A stretch of 59,145 bases of DNA from a virus (lineage: Duplodnaviria > Caudoviricetes), in the IMG/VR virus record IMGVR_UViG_3300017722_002103, positions 1 to 59,145 of that record. One strand, written 5' to 3'. Below, in pieces: positions 9,404 to 19,021 of the stretch. Position 1 is the first letter of the stretch, and each line of letters begins with the position of its first letter. Both the position numbers and the translations under genes were made by a program. Under the pieces are notes generated by a model. It saw only the letters and a program-made list of their open reading frames with translations, had not been told where the DNA came from and ran no database searches.

Positions 9404-10447
9404 ATGCCCGTCACAGCATTGGCTGATCTGGTCTATGGCGCTGAATATACCGAATACTCGATGGAAAAAGCCATCGAGCTTAACGCGTTTATCGCGTCAG
9501 GCATTGCCGAACAAAATCCCAACCTGACAGCGCTCGCCGCTGGACAGGGCGGCGTCTACCTTCTGCCGTTCTTCAAACAACTGGCGAACGACGAAGCCAA
9601 CATTTCGACCGATAACGACGCCACGATCGGCACGGCTAAGAAGATCACCACGGGCAGGCAGAAAGCTCGCCTGCACATGTATAACCAGATTTGGGGCAGC
9701 GCCGATCTGACGACGGCGATGATCGCCCGCGACCCGCTGACGGCTATCGCTGATCAGACTGCGCAGTATTGGGCGACGTGGTCCGAAAAAATGATGCTGT
9801 CGACGGCGCTTGGCGTGCTCGCCGATAACATCGCCAACGATAGCGGAGACATGATCGTCAATATCGCGACGAACAATGATGCAGCGGTCACGGCTGGCAA
9901 CCCGCGCGACCTGAACGATAACACCCTTATCGATGCAGCGCAGACGATGGGCGATCACAAGGGCGATCTTGTCGCTATCGCTGTTCACTCAGCCGTTCAT
10001 GCCAAGCTTCAGAAGCGCGGCGCGCTGAAAGATCAGCACGACATGCAGACGGGACAACTTCTGTTTCAGACGTTCCAAGGCAAGCGCGTGATCATCGACG
10101 ATCTGATGCCCGTGCTCGTCGAGAGCATCAACGATGGCGGCGGCGCTGGAAACAAAAACGTCTATGTGTCGGCTGTCTTCGGCGCTGGCTGTTTCCAGCT
10201 TGGCACCGGCTCACCGCGCGTCCCGACCGAAGTGCAGCGTTCCGCCAAAGGCGGCAACGGCGGCGGTATCGAAGAGCTTGTCGAGCGTCGTCATCCGATC
10301 GTTCACCCGATGGGCTTCGAATGGACCGAAGCGTCAGTCGCGGGCGCGTCCGCAACGCGCGCCGAACTCGCAACGGCGGCGAACTGGAACCGCGTATATC
10401 AGCGCAAGAATATTAAGCTTGCGTTTATCAAGTCGCGCCTCGACTAA
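9404..10447 (+). CDS. major capsid protein
   Basis: 347 aa; AFIASGI, LPFFKQL, DAAQTMGD, AVHSAVHAKL, FQGKRVIIDD, IVHPMGFEW, ELATAANWNRVY..KNIKL are typical coat-protein motifs. Confidence 0.92.
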   Translation: MPVTALADLVYGAEYTEYSMEKAIELNAFIASGIAEQNPNLTALAAGQGGVYLLPFFKQLANDEANISTDNDATIGTAKKITTGRQKARLHMYNQIWGSADLTTAMIARDPLTAIADQTAQYWATWSEKMMLSTALGVLADNIANDSGDMIVNIATNNDAAVTAGNPRDLNDNTLIDAAQTMGDHKGDLVAIAVHSAVHAKLQKRGALKDQHDMQTGQLLFQTFQGKRVIIDDLMPVLVESINDGGGAGNKNVYVSAVFGAGCFQLGTGSPRVPTEVQRSAKGGNGGGIEELVERRHPIVHPMGFEWTEASVAGASATRAELATAANWNRVYQRKNIKLAFIKSRLD

Positions 10448-10459
10448 TCACCCGCGACG

Positions 10460-10501
10460 ATCGACCCGGCGAGCGCCCATGCTTGCCGGGTCGATGCTTT
10501 T
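10460..10501 (+). terminator. putative intrinsic terminator after the capsid gene
   Basis: 15-bp stem ATCGACCCGGCGAGC / GCTTGCCGGGTCGAT followed by GCTTTT. Confidence 0.6.
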
Positions 10502-10515
10502 GAAAAGGGACGAAG

Positions 10516-11217
10516 ATGAGCGATCAAGACGCAAGCTTGCTGATGGAAGAGCGGAAACTTCACTACCTGAACCGATCCGCGAACGCTCAAACGAAAGAGC
10601 AGCGCGCCGCGATCGAAAAGGAATTCGCGGACGTCATCGCCTTCATGGTCGGCGAAACTGCAACCCTGTCCGCTCTGGTTCGCGCCCCTAAGCCGAAAGC
10701 GACAGCATCAAATGAGCCCCGCGACGCAGCAGAGGCCGCAGCCTCTTACGGCGCGCTTGCTGTCGCTCTTGCCGGGCTCGAAGCGTCAACCGCCGAAGAG
10801 CTAGCGACGATCATCGGCGAAGCCGGGACGCTGTTCATTCAACGCAACCCGAACGCCACGCCCGCCGACTTCGTTGCGATGCTTGGCCTTCCCGCCCCCG
10901 CCCCCGCCGAAGCGCCTGTCGTCGAGAAGGTCGGCGAGGAATTCTTTCTGGCCGAAGAGGCCGGGGCCTATCAGAACCCCGATCAGTCGATCGTGAAATT
11001 CGCGACCGGCGACAAGCTGTTTCTCAACGCTGACGGCGTCATGACGGTTTCGCCCTACATCCCCGACGACGTCATGTCGATCAAGTGGACGGAGCGGTCA
11101 AAGATCGCGAAGGCGCTTGGAAGCGACGCCAAGTCGAAGGCGGAAGTCGAAGCGTTCTGCGCCGCGAAACTTGCAGAGCGTAAAGAGATCATCGCAAACA
11201 TTGCTGATCCCGAGTAA
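10516..11217 (+). CDS. hypothetical protein in head module
   Basis: 233-aa ORF with AGGGA RBS between capsid and adaptor. Confidence 0.65.
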   Translation: MSDQDASLLMEERKLHYLNRSANAQTKEQRAAIEKEFADVIAFMVGETATLSALVRAPKPKATASNEPRDAAEAAASYGALAVALAGLEASTAEELATIIGEAGTLFIQRNPNATPADFVAMLGLPAPAPAEAPVVEKVGEEFFLAEEAGAYQNPDQSIVKFATGDKLFLNADGVMTVSPYIPDDVMSIKWTERSKIAKALGSDAKSKAEVEAFCAAKLAERKEIIANIADPE

Positions 11218-11220
11218 CCA

Positions 11221-11733
11221 ATGCCAGTAGCCGCGCTTATCGTCGAAGATGGGACCGGGCTCGAATACGCCGACGCTTACTGCGACGTCGATTTCGTTCG
11301 GACCTATTTCGAAGATCGCGGCGACGCGGTCTTCGCGTCCGAAACCGACACGATCCTGACGACGTGCATTCGTCGCGCGACGCAATTCTTCGACATCGAA
11401 TGGGGTCCGCGCGCGAGCGGGGTTCCGACGAACCTGACGCAAGCGCTGGTCTTCCCGCTCGACGAAGAGGCGCTTCCGCCGAAGCTCTTGCAGGCGATTG
11501 CTGAACTCGCGAAGCTGGCGTTCGCCGGGCCGCTCGCTGGCGTCGGCGCTGCGGTTCAATCGCCGTCGAGCGCGAGCGTCAAAAAGCTCAAGGCCGGATC
11601 GGTCGAAATCGAATATGGCGACATCGTCAAGGATCGGATCGAAACCGACGCCGCCGATCGCTTTTACCTTATCGAGAAGCTCGCCGCTTCGTTCCTAGGC
11701 GCGAAGACGATCAACGGAGGCTCTTCGCGGTGA
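11221..11733 (+). CDS. head-tail adaptor (DnaT-like domain family)
   Basis: LIVEDGTG..ADAY, QALVFP and KKLKAGSVEIEY motifs; position. Confidence 0.8.
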   Translation: MPVAALIVEDGTGLEYADAYCDVDFVRTYFEDRGDAVFASETDTILTTCIRRATQFFDIEWGPRASGVPTNLTQALVFPLDEEALPPKLLQAIAELAKLAFAGPLAGVGAAVQSPSSASVKKLKAGSVEIEYGDIVKDRIETDAADRFYLIEKLAASFLGAKTINGGSSR

Positions 11734-12038
11734 ACTCTACCGTTGTGCAGTTTCGGCCTAGGGAGGCTGACGACAGGCAAACGCGCGGCCCGCTGATCTG
11801 TGAACTTTGCGATCACCGAGAACACGACGCCGTTGTTCCGTGCGGTCGAAAGCATTTTGAGTGCGCCAATTGCGGTCGCATGAGCGCTGTTCGCGCCGGG
11901 CCTGTCCTGCCCGAAGACGGCGTCGTTCGTCAGTCTTGTGCGACGTGCGGCGATCAATCCTTCGCGGTCATGCTCGACGCGCTGATGTGTTCTTCATGCG
12001 GGACGATCCACAAAGAGGATTGGCAGGGGGCGGCTTAA
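11730..12038 (+). CDS. small zinc-ribbon protein
   Basis: Four CxxC pairs (CELC, CANC, CATC, CSSC). Confidence 0.6.
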   Translation: MNSTVVQFRPREADDRQTRGPLICELCDHREHDAVVPCGRKHFECANCGRMSAVRAGPVLPEDGVVRQSCATCGDQSFAVMLDALMCSSCGTIHKEDWQGAA

Positions 12039-12101
12039 GCACGGATTAGGCGGAACCGCGAAACACCTTAAGCAACTCGAAACCCTTGCGGAGAAGATCA
12101 C

Positions 12102-12509
12102 ATGGCCTTGCAGTTTTCCGACGCCGTTCGCAACGCTCGCCTAGACGCGATCGAAACCGCGATCGGCACAACCGCTGTTCTCGAAATTCGATCGGGCGCG
12201 GTTCCCGCCAACTGCGCAGCCGCGCGAACCGGAACTGTCGGCGTTGTAATGACGCTCCCGGCTGACTACATGGCCGCAGCGGCGGGCGGCACTAAGGCCA
12301 AGCTTGGAACATGGGAAGACGCGTCGGCTGATGCTTCGATCACCGCAGGTTACTTCACCCTGTATGCCTCGAACGGCACGACGGTTCACGCGCAAGGGAC
12401 CGTGACGGCGACAGGCGGCGGCGGCGATCTTCAGTTGACGACGACGACGATCGTTGCAGGCCAGCCCGTCACGATCACGTCGTTCACGATCACCGAAGGC
12501 AACGCCTAA
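12102..12509 (+). CDS. virion structural protein (appendage/fiber-associated)
   Basis: Thr/Ala/Gly-rich beta protein MALQFSDAVRNARLDAI...QGTVTATGGGGDL...GQPVTITSFTIT; GGAGA RBS; late motif upstream. Confidence 0.65.
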   Translation: MALQFSDAVRNARLDAIETAIGTTAVLEIRSGAVPANCAAARTGTVGVVMTLPADYMAAAAGGTKAKLGTWEDASADASITAGYFTLYASNGTTVHAQGTVTATGGGGDLQLTTTTIVAGQPVTITSFTITEGNA

Positions 12510-12540
12510 CCCCTTCCCTCGCTGATGGAAGGCGCGCGCG

Positions 12541-15500
12541 TTGTCCCTGCTTGGCAGTCTGCCGAAGCTAATTGCCGAAGCGATGGGGCAAAGCCTCTTC
12601 CGGTCGGCGACGCTTCACGCGAAAGCGCCGCGATCGCCTGACGGTCGCGGCGGCTGGAACGGCGGACAGGCTGTCCGCCTACCCTGCCGCGCGCTTGTCG
12701 TCGAATACACCGATCGACAGCGCGCCAGTGGCGGCATTCCGTCGTCCGAACGAAACGCAATTATTCTCGCCGCGACTATCAGCCAGAAGCCCCAAGCGGG
12801 GGACGTTCTGGTTCTGGATGGGGCGGCATGGGCGATCGCCAAGGTCAGGGTCGATCCGGCTAACGCTTCGTATGAAGCTCAGGCGACGCGCGCGCCTATG
12901 CCTTCGGGCGACACGACGGCGGCGACGGGCGCGAACATTCTCGACGTCATGCCTTCGACCGTCGCCGCAGCGATGGGGCCGTCGCTCTTCGACGACGCAA
13001 TTTTTTACAGCGCGACGGAGCGCGTCGCCGATGGCCGGGGCGGCACGGTCGCGACATACGCCGAACTCCCCTGCAAGGCGCTTGTCGTCGACTACAGCGA
13101 TTTTCAGCGCGGGGTCGACGAAATCCCGGCGAAGGATCGCCGGTTGATGATGCTCGCCGCGACGCTGACGTCGCGCACGCCGAAGCCGGGCGACATCGTC
13201 GTGATCGATGGCAAGGCTTGGACGCTTGTCGAAGTCGGGGCGGACCCCGCGCGCGCGACCTTCGAGGGGCAGGCAACGCCGGGCGTGGTTCCGTCGATCG
13301 GGCGGACAGGAACCCTTGCGGCGACATTGGGCGGCGCGACCCTTACCGCGATCGGGCGGGCGACGATCCTTTCGGCTGGCGCTGTCACGCTGGCCGGGGC
13401 GTCGCTGGCCGGGGCGGGATCGCCTAGGATCGGCGGCGCTGCGGTCGTCAGCTTGGCCGGGGCTTCGCTGGCGGGCCTAGGGAGCCCCGTCATAGGGGGC
13501 GCGGCGACTTTGGCGCTCAGTGGCGCAACTCTGGCCGGAACCGCATCCCCGACGATCCTAGGCGTTTCTGCGCCCGCCTTGGCCGGGGCGAGCGCGGTCG
13601 GTGACGGATATCAGCGCAATGCGGGCGCACTGGCGATCACGACAGCAGGCGCGACGCTTTCATCGACCGGACAGGGTTCAGCCCTAGGAAGCGCCGCGAT
13701 CACCCTCGCCGGGGCTGGCGTGGCCGCTGGGGGCTATCAGCGCAACGCCGGGGCGCTGACTGCCTCGCTCGCCGCAAGCTTCCTGACGGGCTCTGGATCG
13801 CCAAGGATCGTCGGCGCGGGGGCGGGCTCCCTCGCGAGCGCGATCGTCACCGGGGCCGGGTATCAGCGGAACGCAGGCGCGGGGGCCTTCACCCTCGCCC
13901 CCGCCACGATCGCCGCGACCGGATCGCCGGTCATGCAGGGCGCGGCGGCTCCCTCGCTCGCCGGGGCGACGATCGCCGGGGCGGGCTATCAGCGGAACGC
14001 CGGGGCGCTCGCAAGCGCCCTGACGCCTTCGACATTGGCCGGGGCCGGATCGCCGCGCATCCTTGCGACCGGAGCGCCAGCGCTCGCCGGGGCGACAGTG
14101 GCCGGGGCGGGCTATCAGCGCAACGCAGGCGCGGCGGCGATCACCCTTGCCGGGGCGAGCCTCTTCGCAAGCTCTTCGAGCAACGTTCAAGGATCAGCGG
14201 CGATCACGCTCGACCATTCGATCGCGCAATCGAACGGAACGATCACGAACCCCGGCCAACTGTCGGCGGCGCTTGTCGGCGGATCGCTTATCGCGAACGG
14301 CTATCAGCGCAACGCGGGCGCTCTGGCGATCACGGCGGCAGGGGCAACGATTGCCGCAGCCGGATCGCCGCGCATCGTCGCCGCTCTGGCTGCAACCCTC
14401 ACGCCTTCGACCGTCGCCGCCGATGGATACCAACGGAATGCGGGAGCGCTCGCAAGCGCGCTGACGCCGTCGACGCTGGCTGGCGCTGGCTCGCTGACGA
14501 TCCTTGGCGTGGGCGCTGCGACGCTCGCCGGGCCGATAGTTGCGGGCGCTGGATATCAACGCAACGCGGGCGCTCTGGCGATCACGGCGGCAGGCGCAAG
14601 CGTCGCCGGTTCTGGTTCGCCCGTCATACAGGGCGCGGGCGCGGCGACGCTGGCGACATCGATCGTCGCCGGAAATGGTTACCAGAGGAACGCTGGCGCA
14701 TTAACGGTCACGCTCGCGAGCGCAACCCTGTCCGCCTCTTCTGTTCCGGTTGTTAACGGATCGCTTGCGGCAACGCTCACGCCTTCGACGGTCGCCGCCG
14801 ATGGATATCAGCGCAATGCGGGCGCGCTCGCGATTACTGCGGCGGGCGCGACAGTGGCGGCGGCAGGATCGCCGCGCATCGTCGCGACGCTGGCGTCGAC
14901 TGCGGCTGGCGCAACTGTCATCGCCGATGGGTATCAGCGCAACGCGGGAGCGCTCGCCGTTACGCTCGCGGGCGGCTCCCTGTCCGCCGCAGGAACGTCA
15001 AGGATCAACGGAACGTCAGCACTCACGACGGCGGGCGCTTTGGTTGCTGGCGCGGGATATCAGCGGATCGCGGGCGACCTTGCCGTGTCACTTGCGGGCG
15101 GAACGGTTTCGTCCGCTGGAACGGTCGGCGGCGTCACCGGGAACGACGGCACGCTTGCGGCGACACTCGACGGGGCTTCGGTCGTCGCGACCGGAATTCC
15201 GATCGGGATTTTCTATGTCGGCGGCAAAACGGGAGCGGTCGCCGGATCGACTGCGACGACAACCGTCGTCGACCTTACGACGGGCCTGACAGGCGGCGAG
15301 CGTTCGGGCGTCGCGGCTGGCGATCTTGTCATCGTGAACTATACGGTCGGCACCGCTGGAACGCGGACGATGACGATCAACGCGCCGGGTTCGGTCCCCT
15401 ATGCGCTTCCGTCTGGCGCGCAAGCGCAGGGTTCTGACAACTTCGACGCAATGGTTAGGGTCGGCGCTAGGTTCATGCCCGCGTCGCCGGATGCCAACGT

Positions 15501-15963
15501 CACGCTAGGCGCGACAGGCGCGGTCGCGGATGGCGGCGCGTATACCATTCAAGTCTGGCGCGGCGTCAGCCCGACGCAGCCTTACGACATCACGCCGGTC
15601 AACACGACGGGCGGAAACAGCGCGCAACCGAACCCGCCTTCGGTCACGCCGCGAAGCGCTGGCGCGGTCGTCACGATCCATTCCGGCGCCGCGGCTGCGA
15701 CTTCGATCGTCGCCTTCACATTCACGGGCGTCGCGAACCTTATTCAGTCGTCGCAAAGCGCGACGAACGCCGCGCGAGCCGCCGCGATGTCTGTCAATTG
15801 GGTTTCAGGCGCGGTCGACATTGCCGTTTCGACAACGCCGACAGCAAACAACGCTGACAGTTGGGCGGTCACGACAGTTGTTCTCAGGCCGATAGGCCGA
15901 GAATTGGTTTCGCCGCCGCCGCCAAATCGCCGACAGATATTCCGTCACCTGCTAACGAGGTAA
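12541..15963 (+). CDS. tandem head-closure-like domains fused to a long Ala/Gly repeat fiber and a C-terminal globular domain
   Basis: Two ~120-aa repeats (DGRGG...PCRALVVEY/PCKALVVDY...P..GD..V.DG..W...V..DPA.A..E.QAT), then 12 GYQRNAG-type repeats, then a non-repetitive C-terminus. Confidence 0.7.
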   Translation: MSLLGSLPKLIAEAMGQSLFRSATLHAKAPRSPDGRGGWNGGQAVRLPCRALVVEYTDRQRASGGIPSSERNAIILAATISQKPQAGDVLVLDGAAWAIAKVRVDPANASYEAQATRAPMPSGDTTAATGANILDVMPSTVAAAMGPSLFDDAIFYSATERVADGRGGTVATYAELPCKALVVDYSDFQRGVDEIPAKDRRLMMLAATLTSRTPKPGDIVVIDGKAWTLVEVGADPARATFEGQATPGVVPSIGRTGTLAATLGGATLTAIGRATILSAGAVTLAGASLAGAGSPRIGGAAVVSLAGASLAGLGSPVIGGAATLALSGATLAGTASPTILGVSAPALAGASAVGDGYQRNAGALAITTAGATLSSTGQGSALGSAAITLAGAGVAAGGYQRNAGALTASLAASFLTGSGSPRIVGAGAGSLASAIVTGAGYQRNAGAGAFTLAPATIAATGSPVMQGAAAPSLAGATIAGAGYQRNAGALASALTPSTLAGAGSPRILATGAPALAGATVAGAGYQRNAGAAAITLAGASLFASSSSNVQGSAAITLDHSIAQSNGTITNPGQLSAALVGGSLIANGYQRNAGALAITAAGATIAAAGSPRIVAALAATLTPSTVAADGYQRNAGALASALTPSTLAGAGSLTILGVGAATLAGPIVAGAGYQRNAGALAITAAGASVAGSGSPVIQGAGAATLATSIVAGNGYQRNAGALTVTLASATLSASSVPVVNGSLAATLTPSTVAADGYQRNAGALAITAAGATVAAAGSPRIVATLASTAAGATVIADGYQRNAGALAVTLAGGSLSAAGTSRINGTSALTTAGALVAGAGYQRIAGDLAVSLAGGTVSSAGTVGGVTGNDGTLAATLDGASVVATGIPIGIFYVGGKTGAVAGSTATTTVVDLTTGLTGGERSGVAAGDLVIVNYTVGTAGTRTMTINAPGSVPYALPSGAQAQGSDNFDAMVRVGARFMPASPDANVTLGATGAVADGGAYTIQVWRGVSPTQPYDITPVNTTGGNSAQPNPPSVTPRSAGAVVTIHSGAAAATSIVAFTFTGVANLIQSSQSATNAARAAAMSVNWVSGAVDIAVSTTPTANNADSWAVTTVVLRPIGRELVSPPPPNRRQIFRHLLTR

Positions 15964-15967
15964 TAAC

Positions 15968-16435
15968 ATGCCAAGGATTTACAGCGCAGTTTTCAAAAAC
16001 ATCAGCGTCACGGCGCTACAGGATTTTTACGAAATCCTTGCGGGCGCGAACAAGTCGATCAAAATCCACGCGTGGCAGTTGGCGCAGTCGACGGAAATCG
16101 GCGATGCGATGGAAGAGGGGCTTTTGATCACCTGCAACCGTGGTGTCGGATCGACAACGGGAAACGGAACCGCGACAACCGCCGCGCCCTTGGGCGTCGA
16201 TAACACGGCATGCGGCGCGACCGTGAAGATCAACGGAACAACCCGGATGACGGCGGGGACGATTACCGAACTTGAGACGCACGTTTGGAACGTTCGCGCG
16301 CCTTATACGATGATCTACACGCCAGAGCTTCGACCGTTTGTCAAAGCTGGCGATCGATGGACGCTTGAACTCGAAACAGCACCGCTCGACGTCATCAGCA
16401 TGAGCGGGACGATCTGGTTCGAAGAGATGGATTGA
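15968..16435 (+). CDS. putative structural protein of the appendage module
   Basis: 155-aa beta-rich ORF with GAGG RBS, packed between fiber-like genes. Confidence 0.6.
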   Translation: MPRIYSAVFKNISVTALQDFYEILAGANKSIKIHAWQLAQSTEIGDAMEEGLLITCNRGVGSTTGNGTATTAAPLGVDNTACGATVKINGTTRMTAGTITELETHVWNVRAPYTMIYTPELRPFVKAGDRWTLELETAPLDVISMSGTIWFEEMD

Positions 16436-16436
16436 A

Positions 16437-17684
16437 ATGAGTACGGGCGTATTTCGTAAAAGACCGCTTCTGCAATCGTTGCCTTCGGCGCGAGAGCGGC
16501 AGGCGCTTTTGCTCAACGCTTTGTCCGTTGTCGCGTCGCTTCCGCCATCGGGCGGAACGCCTCCCATTCTCGACGCCGCATCGGTCACGACGTTTGCTGC
16601 GACGGCGCAGACGTCGCAGACGCAAGCGATCCCGATCGCGGTCAACACCAATCGACTGCTTCTGGTTACGATTGGCGTCGGCGGGCCGGGAAGCGTTGGC
16701 GTTTCGAGCGTTCAATTCAACGGCGTCGGCATGACGCTGGTCGCATCTTCGAACGATGGCGATCAGCATCACGCGACCTATGCGCTGATAAATCCGCCGA
16801 CAGGGACTTCGAACCTAACTTTCAACATAACGCCAAGCGCTGCGGATGTTTGCGGCTTGGCTCTATGCCTGCACAACGCCGATCAGGTTCAGCCCTACGC
16901 GACAGCGCTGACGAGCACGACGGCCCTGCCTAGCACTGACGTCGGCGTTTCGGCGTTTGGATACTCTAACGCATATCCGATCGTCTTCCGGCACGATCGC
17001 GCATTTGGCAGCAATCCCGATAACGTTTCACTTGCCGGTCAAACGCGCGTGGCGACTTCGCCGAATGCGGTCAACGTCGGATCGCAAAACGTACTTGCTG
17101 ACACCGCGACAGTTGACGTCGGCAACAGCAACGTCAGGGGCTTCACATCCGACAACGATAGCGGATACATGTCCGTTCATTTCGCGATGATCCGCGCAAG
17201 ATCGAGTTGGGTTATCGGCGCACCGAATGGTGCTGCGGGCGGCTTCTGGTCGAACGTCAACGGATCGTTTTCGACGGGGCCGCCGGTCGACGGTCTTCCC
17301 GCTCCCGCAGTATTCACGGCGACGACGGCAACGGGGCGTCGATCGACAAGCCTCGACACGGATTGGCGAAACGGGAACACCTATTATTTTCGATTGAGGC
17401 TTGCTTTCGCTGGCGGCGCTTTTGTTTATTTCCATCTCGATGACGGGGTGGGAACGACAACCATTCAATACAACGCAGGAACCGAAACCATAGAAAGCAG
17501 TACTTCGGGAGCGGGGACGATCGGGTCGGTGACTATAACCTATCCGACCGCGAACTATGGCGAACTGATTATTCCGATCACGGCGATCAGGAATGCGGGT
17601 TCGATAGTATTCGGCTTTGGGCCGGGCGAAACAGTCAACCCGCGCAACCTGTATGAATACGGGCTTTTCACTTATCTCCCATAG
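16437..17684 (+). CDS. putative fiber/receptor-binding structural protein
   Basis: Thr/Ser/Gly-rich; NRLLLVTIG...VSSVQFNGVGMT beta-sandwich-like segment; somewhat lower GC. Confidence 0.55.
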   Translation: MSTGVFRKRPLLQSLPSARERQALLLNALSVVASLPPSGGTPPILDAASVTTFAATAQTSQTQAIPIAVNTNRLLLVTIGVGGPGSVGVSSVQFNGVGMTLVASSNDGDQHHATYALINPPTGTSNLTFNITPSAADVCGLALCLHNADQVQPYATALTSTTALPSTDVGVSAFGYSNAYPIVFRHDRAFGSNPDNVSLAGQTRVATSPNAVNVGSQNVLADTATVDVGNSNVRGFTSDNDSGYMSVHFAMIRARSSWVIGAPNGAAGGFWSNVNGSFSTGPPVDGLPAPAVFTATTATGRRSTSLDTDWRNGNTYYFRLRLAFAGGAFVYFHLDDGVGTTTIQYNAGTETIESSTSGAGTIGSVTITYPTANYGELIIPITAIRNAGSIVFGFGPGETVNPRNLYEYGLFTYLP

Positions 17685-17692
17685 GCGAACGA

Positions 17693-18124
17693 ATGGCGCG
17701 CGGACCGAAGGTATATTTCGACATCAAGCTCGCGAACGATCTTGTTCGGAAGGCAGCGGTTCGCGGCGTTCGCGCGACCACGATCGAAGCGCTTCGCATC
17801 GTTCAAGTCGACATCCTGTCGAGCGATCCGCAGCGAACGGGCAGGCTCTACAAACGCGGCAAGACAAAGCTTCATCAGGCGTCAGCGCCGGGCGAAGCGC
17901 CCGCACCGGACACGGGGCAGTTGCGAAACATGACAAAGGCCGAATTCCTGTCCGACGTCACTTCCGGTTACGCGCTTGGCAAGGTCGTTAACAACCTCGC
18001 GAAAGCCGCCGATCTGGAAATCGGAACCGACAAGATCGAGCCGCGCCCTTGGATTTCGCGCCTTCTGCGGGCGGAATACCGGGCGCGACTTATGGCGGTT
18101 TTCGCGAGCAAAGCCCGGCTCTAG
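17693..18124 (+). CDS. HK97 gp10-like tail completion/neck protein
   Basis: HQASAPGEAPAPDTGQLR and LEIGTDKIEPRPW motifs. Confidence 0.85.
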   Translation: MARGPKVYFDIKLANDLVRKAAVRGVRATTIEALRIVQVDILSSDPQRTGRLYKRGKTKLHQASAPGEAPAPDTGQLRNMTKAEFLSDVTSGYALGKVVNNLAKAADLEIGTDKIEPRPWISRLLRAEYRARLMAVFASKARL

Positions 18125-18173
18125 CCTTTCGGCGAAACACCTTAGAAGCGCTGCAAGCTCTTAAGGTTCCGCA

Positions 18174-18605
18174 ATGGGTATCGACGCAACAGCGGGGGTT
18201 AGAACACGCTTGGCGGGCAACGCTCCCTTGTGCGCCGCGCTTGCGCTTTACGAAGGCGCTCCGGCGATCCTGACAGAGCCAATGCCTGCCGACTATGAAG
18301 TCGAAAGCCTTCCTTCGATCATCGTCGGCGAACCGATCCTGAATGACGCTGACGACACGTTCACCGATAACGGGCGCGACGTTCAGCTTCGCGTAAGGAT
18401 TTATTCCAAGCACAACGGATCGTCGATCGCGATCAATGCTGTCGCGGAAGCCGCGCGCGCGTTGCTGCATAACTGGTTCACGCCGACATTCCCCGGAGGG
18501 AATTTGTTAGCGTCACTAGTGTCGGGGCCGGTCGCCGGGCCGACGTCCGACCCTTCGATCGAGGGTCGACTTTTGACCGTGTCCCTCAAAATCAAGGAAG
18601 CCTGA
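18174..18605 (+). CDS. tail terminator (DUF3168-like)
   Basis: Position before the tail tube; PSIIVGE...DDTFT..GRDVQLRVRIYS motif. Confidence 0.75.
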   Translation: MGIDATAGVRTRLAGNAPLCAALALYEGAPAILTEPMPADYEVESLPSIIVGEPILNDADDTFTDNGRDVQLRVRIYSKHNGSSIAINAVAEAARALLHNWFTPTFPGGNLLASLVSGPVAGPTSDPSIEGRLLTVSLKIKEA

Positions 18606-18607
18606 TT

Positions 18608-19018
18608 ATGGCCGTCTCACTACCGAGCAACACCGCGTTTTCGATCCGCACCGCGACCGGGCCGGATGTCTATACGGAAATTCCGGGCGTCTTCGAATTC
18701 AATCCGGGCGAGCGCGCCGCCGACGTCATCGATACGACGGACTTCGACAGCGCGGGCAACAGCGAAGAAAGCGAAGCCGGGATTATCCGCGCGTCGAATG
18801 GTTCGTTCTCGTTCAATTGGGAGCCGGGCCAAGTCACGCAGGAAGTCGTTCGCGCTGCGAAGGGAACGATCAGGCGTTTTCGTTCTGTCGACGGAACTTG
18901 GCAGTCGACTTTCGATGCGCTCATTCTCGGGGTTTCGAACCCGCGTTCGGTCGGAACGAAACTGGTCTGCACCGTGACGCTGAAGCTGTCGGGCGATATC
19001 ACGGAAGTGACTGTCTAA
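18608..19018 (+). CDS. major tail tube protein
   Basis: DVIDTTDFDS....E..AGI....GSFSFNWEPG and TVTLKLSG motifs. Confidence 0.8.
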   Translation: MAVSLPSNTAFSIRTATGPDVYTEIPGVFEFNPGERAADVIDTTDFDSAGNSEESEAGIIRASNGSFSFNWEPGQVTQEVVRAAKGTIRRFRSVDGTWQSTFDALILGVSNPRSVGTKLVCTVTLKLSGDITEVTV

Positions 19019-19021
19019 CCG

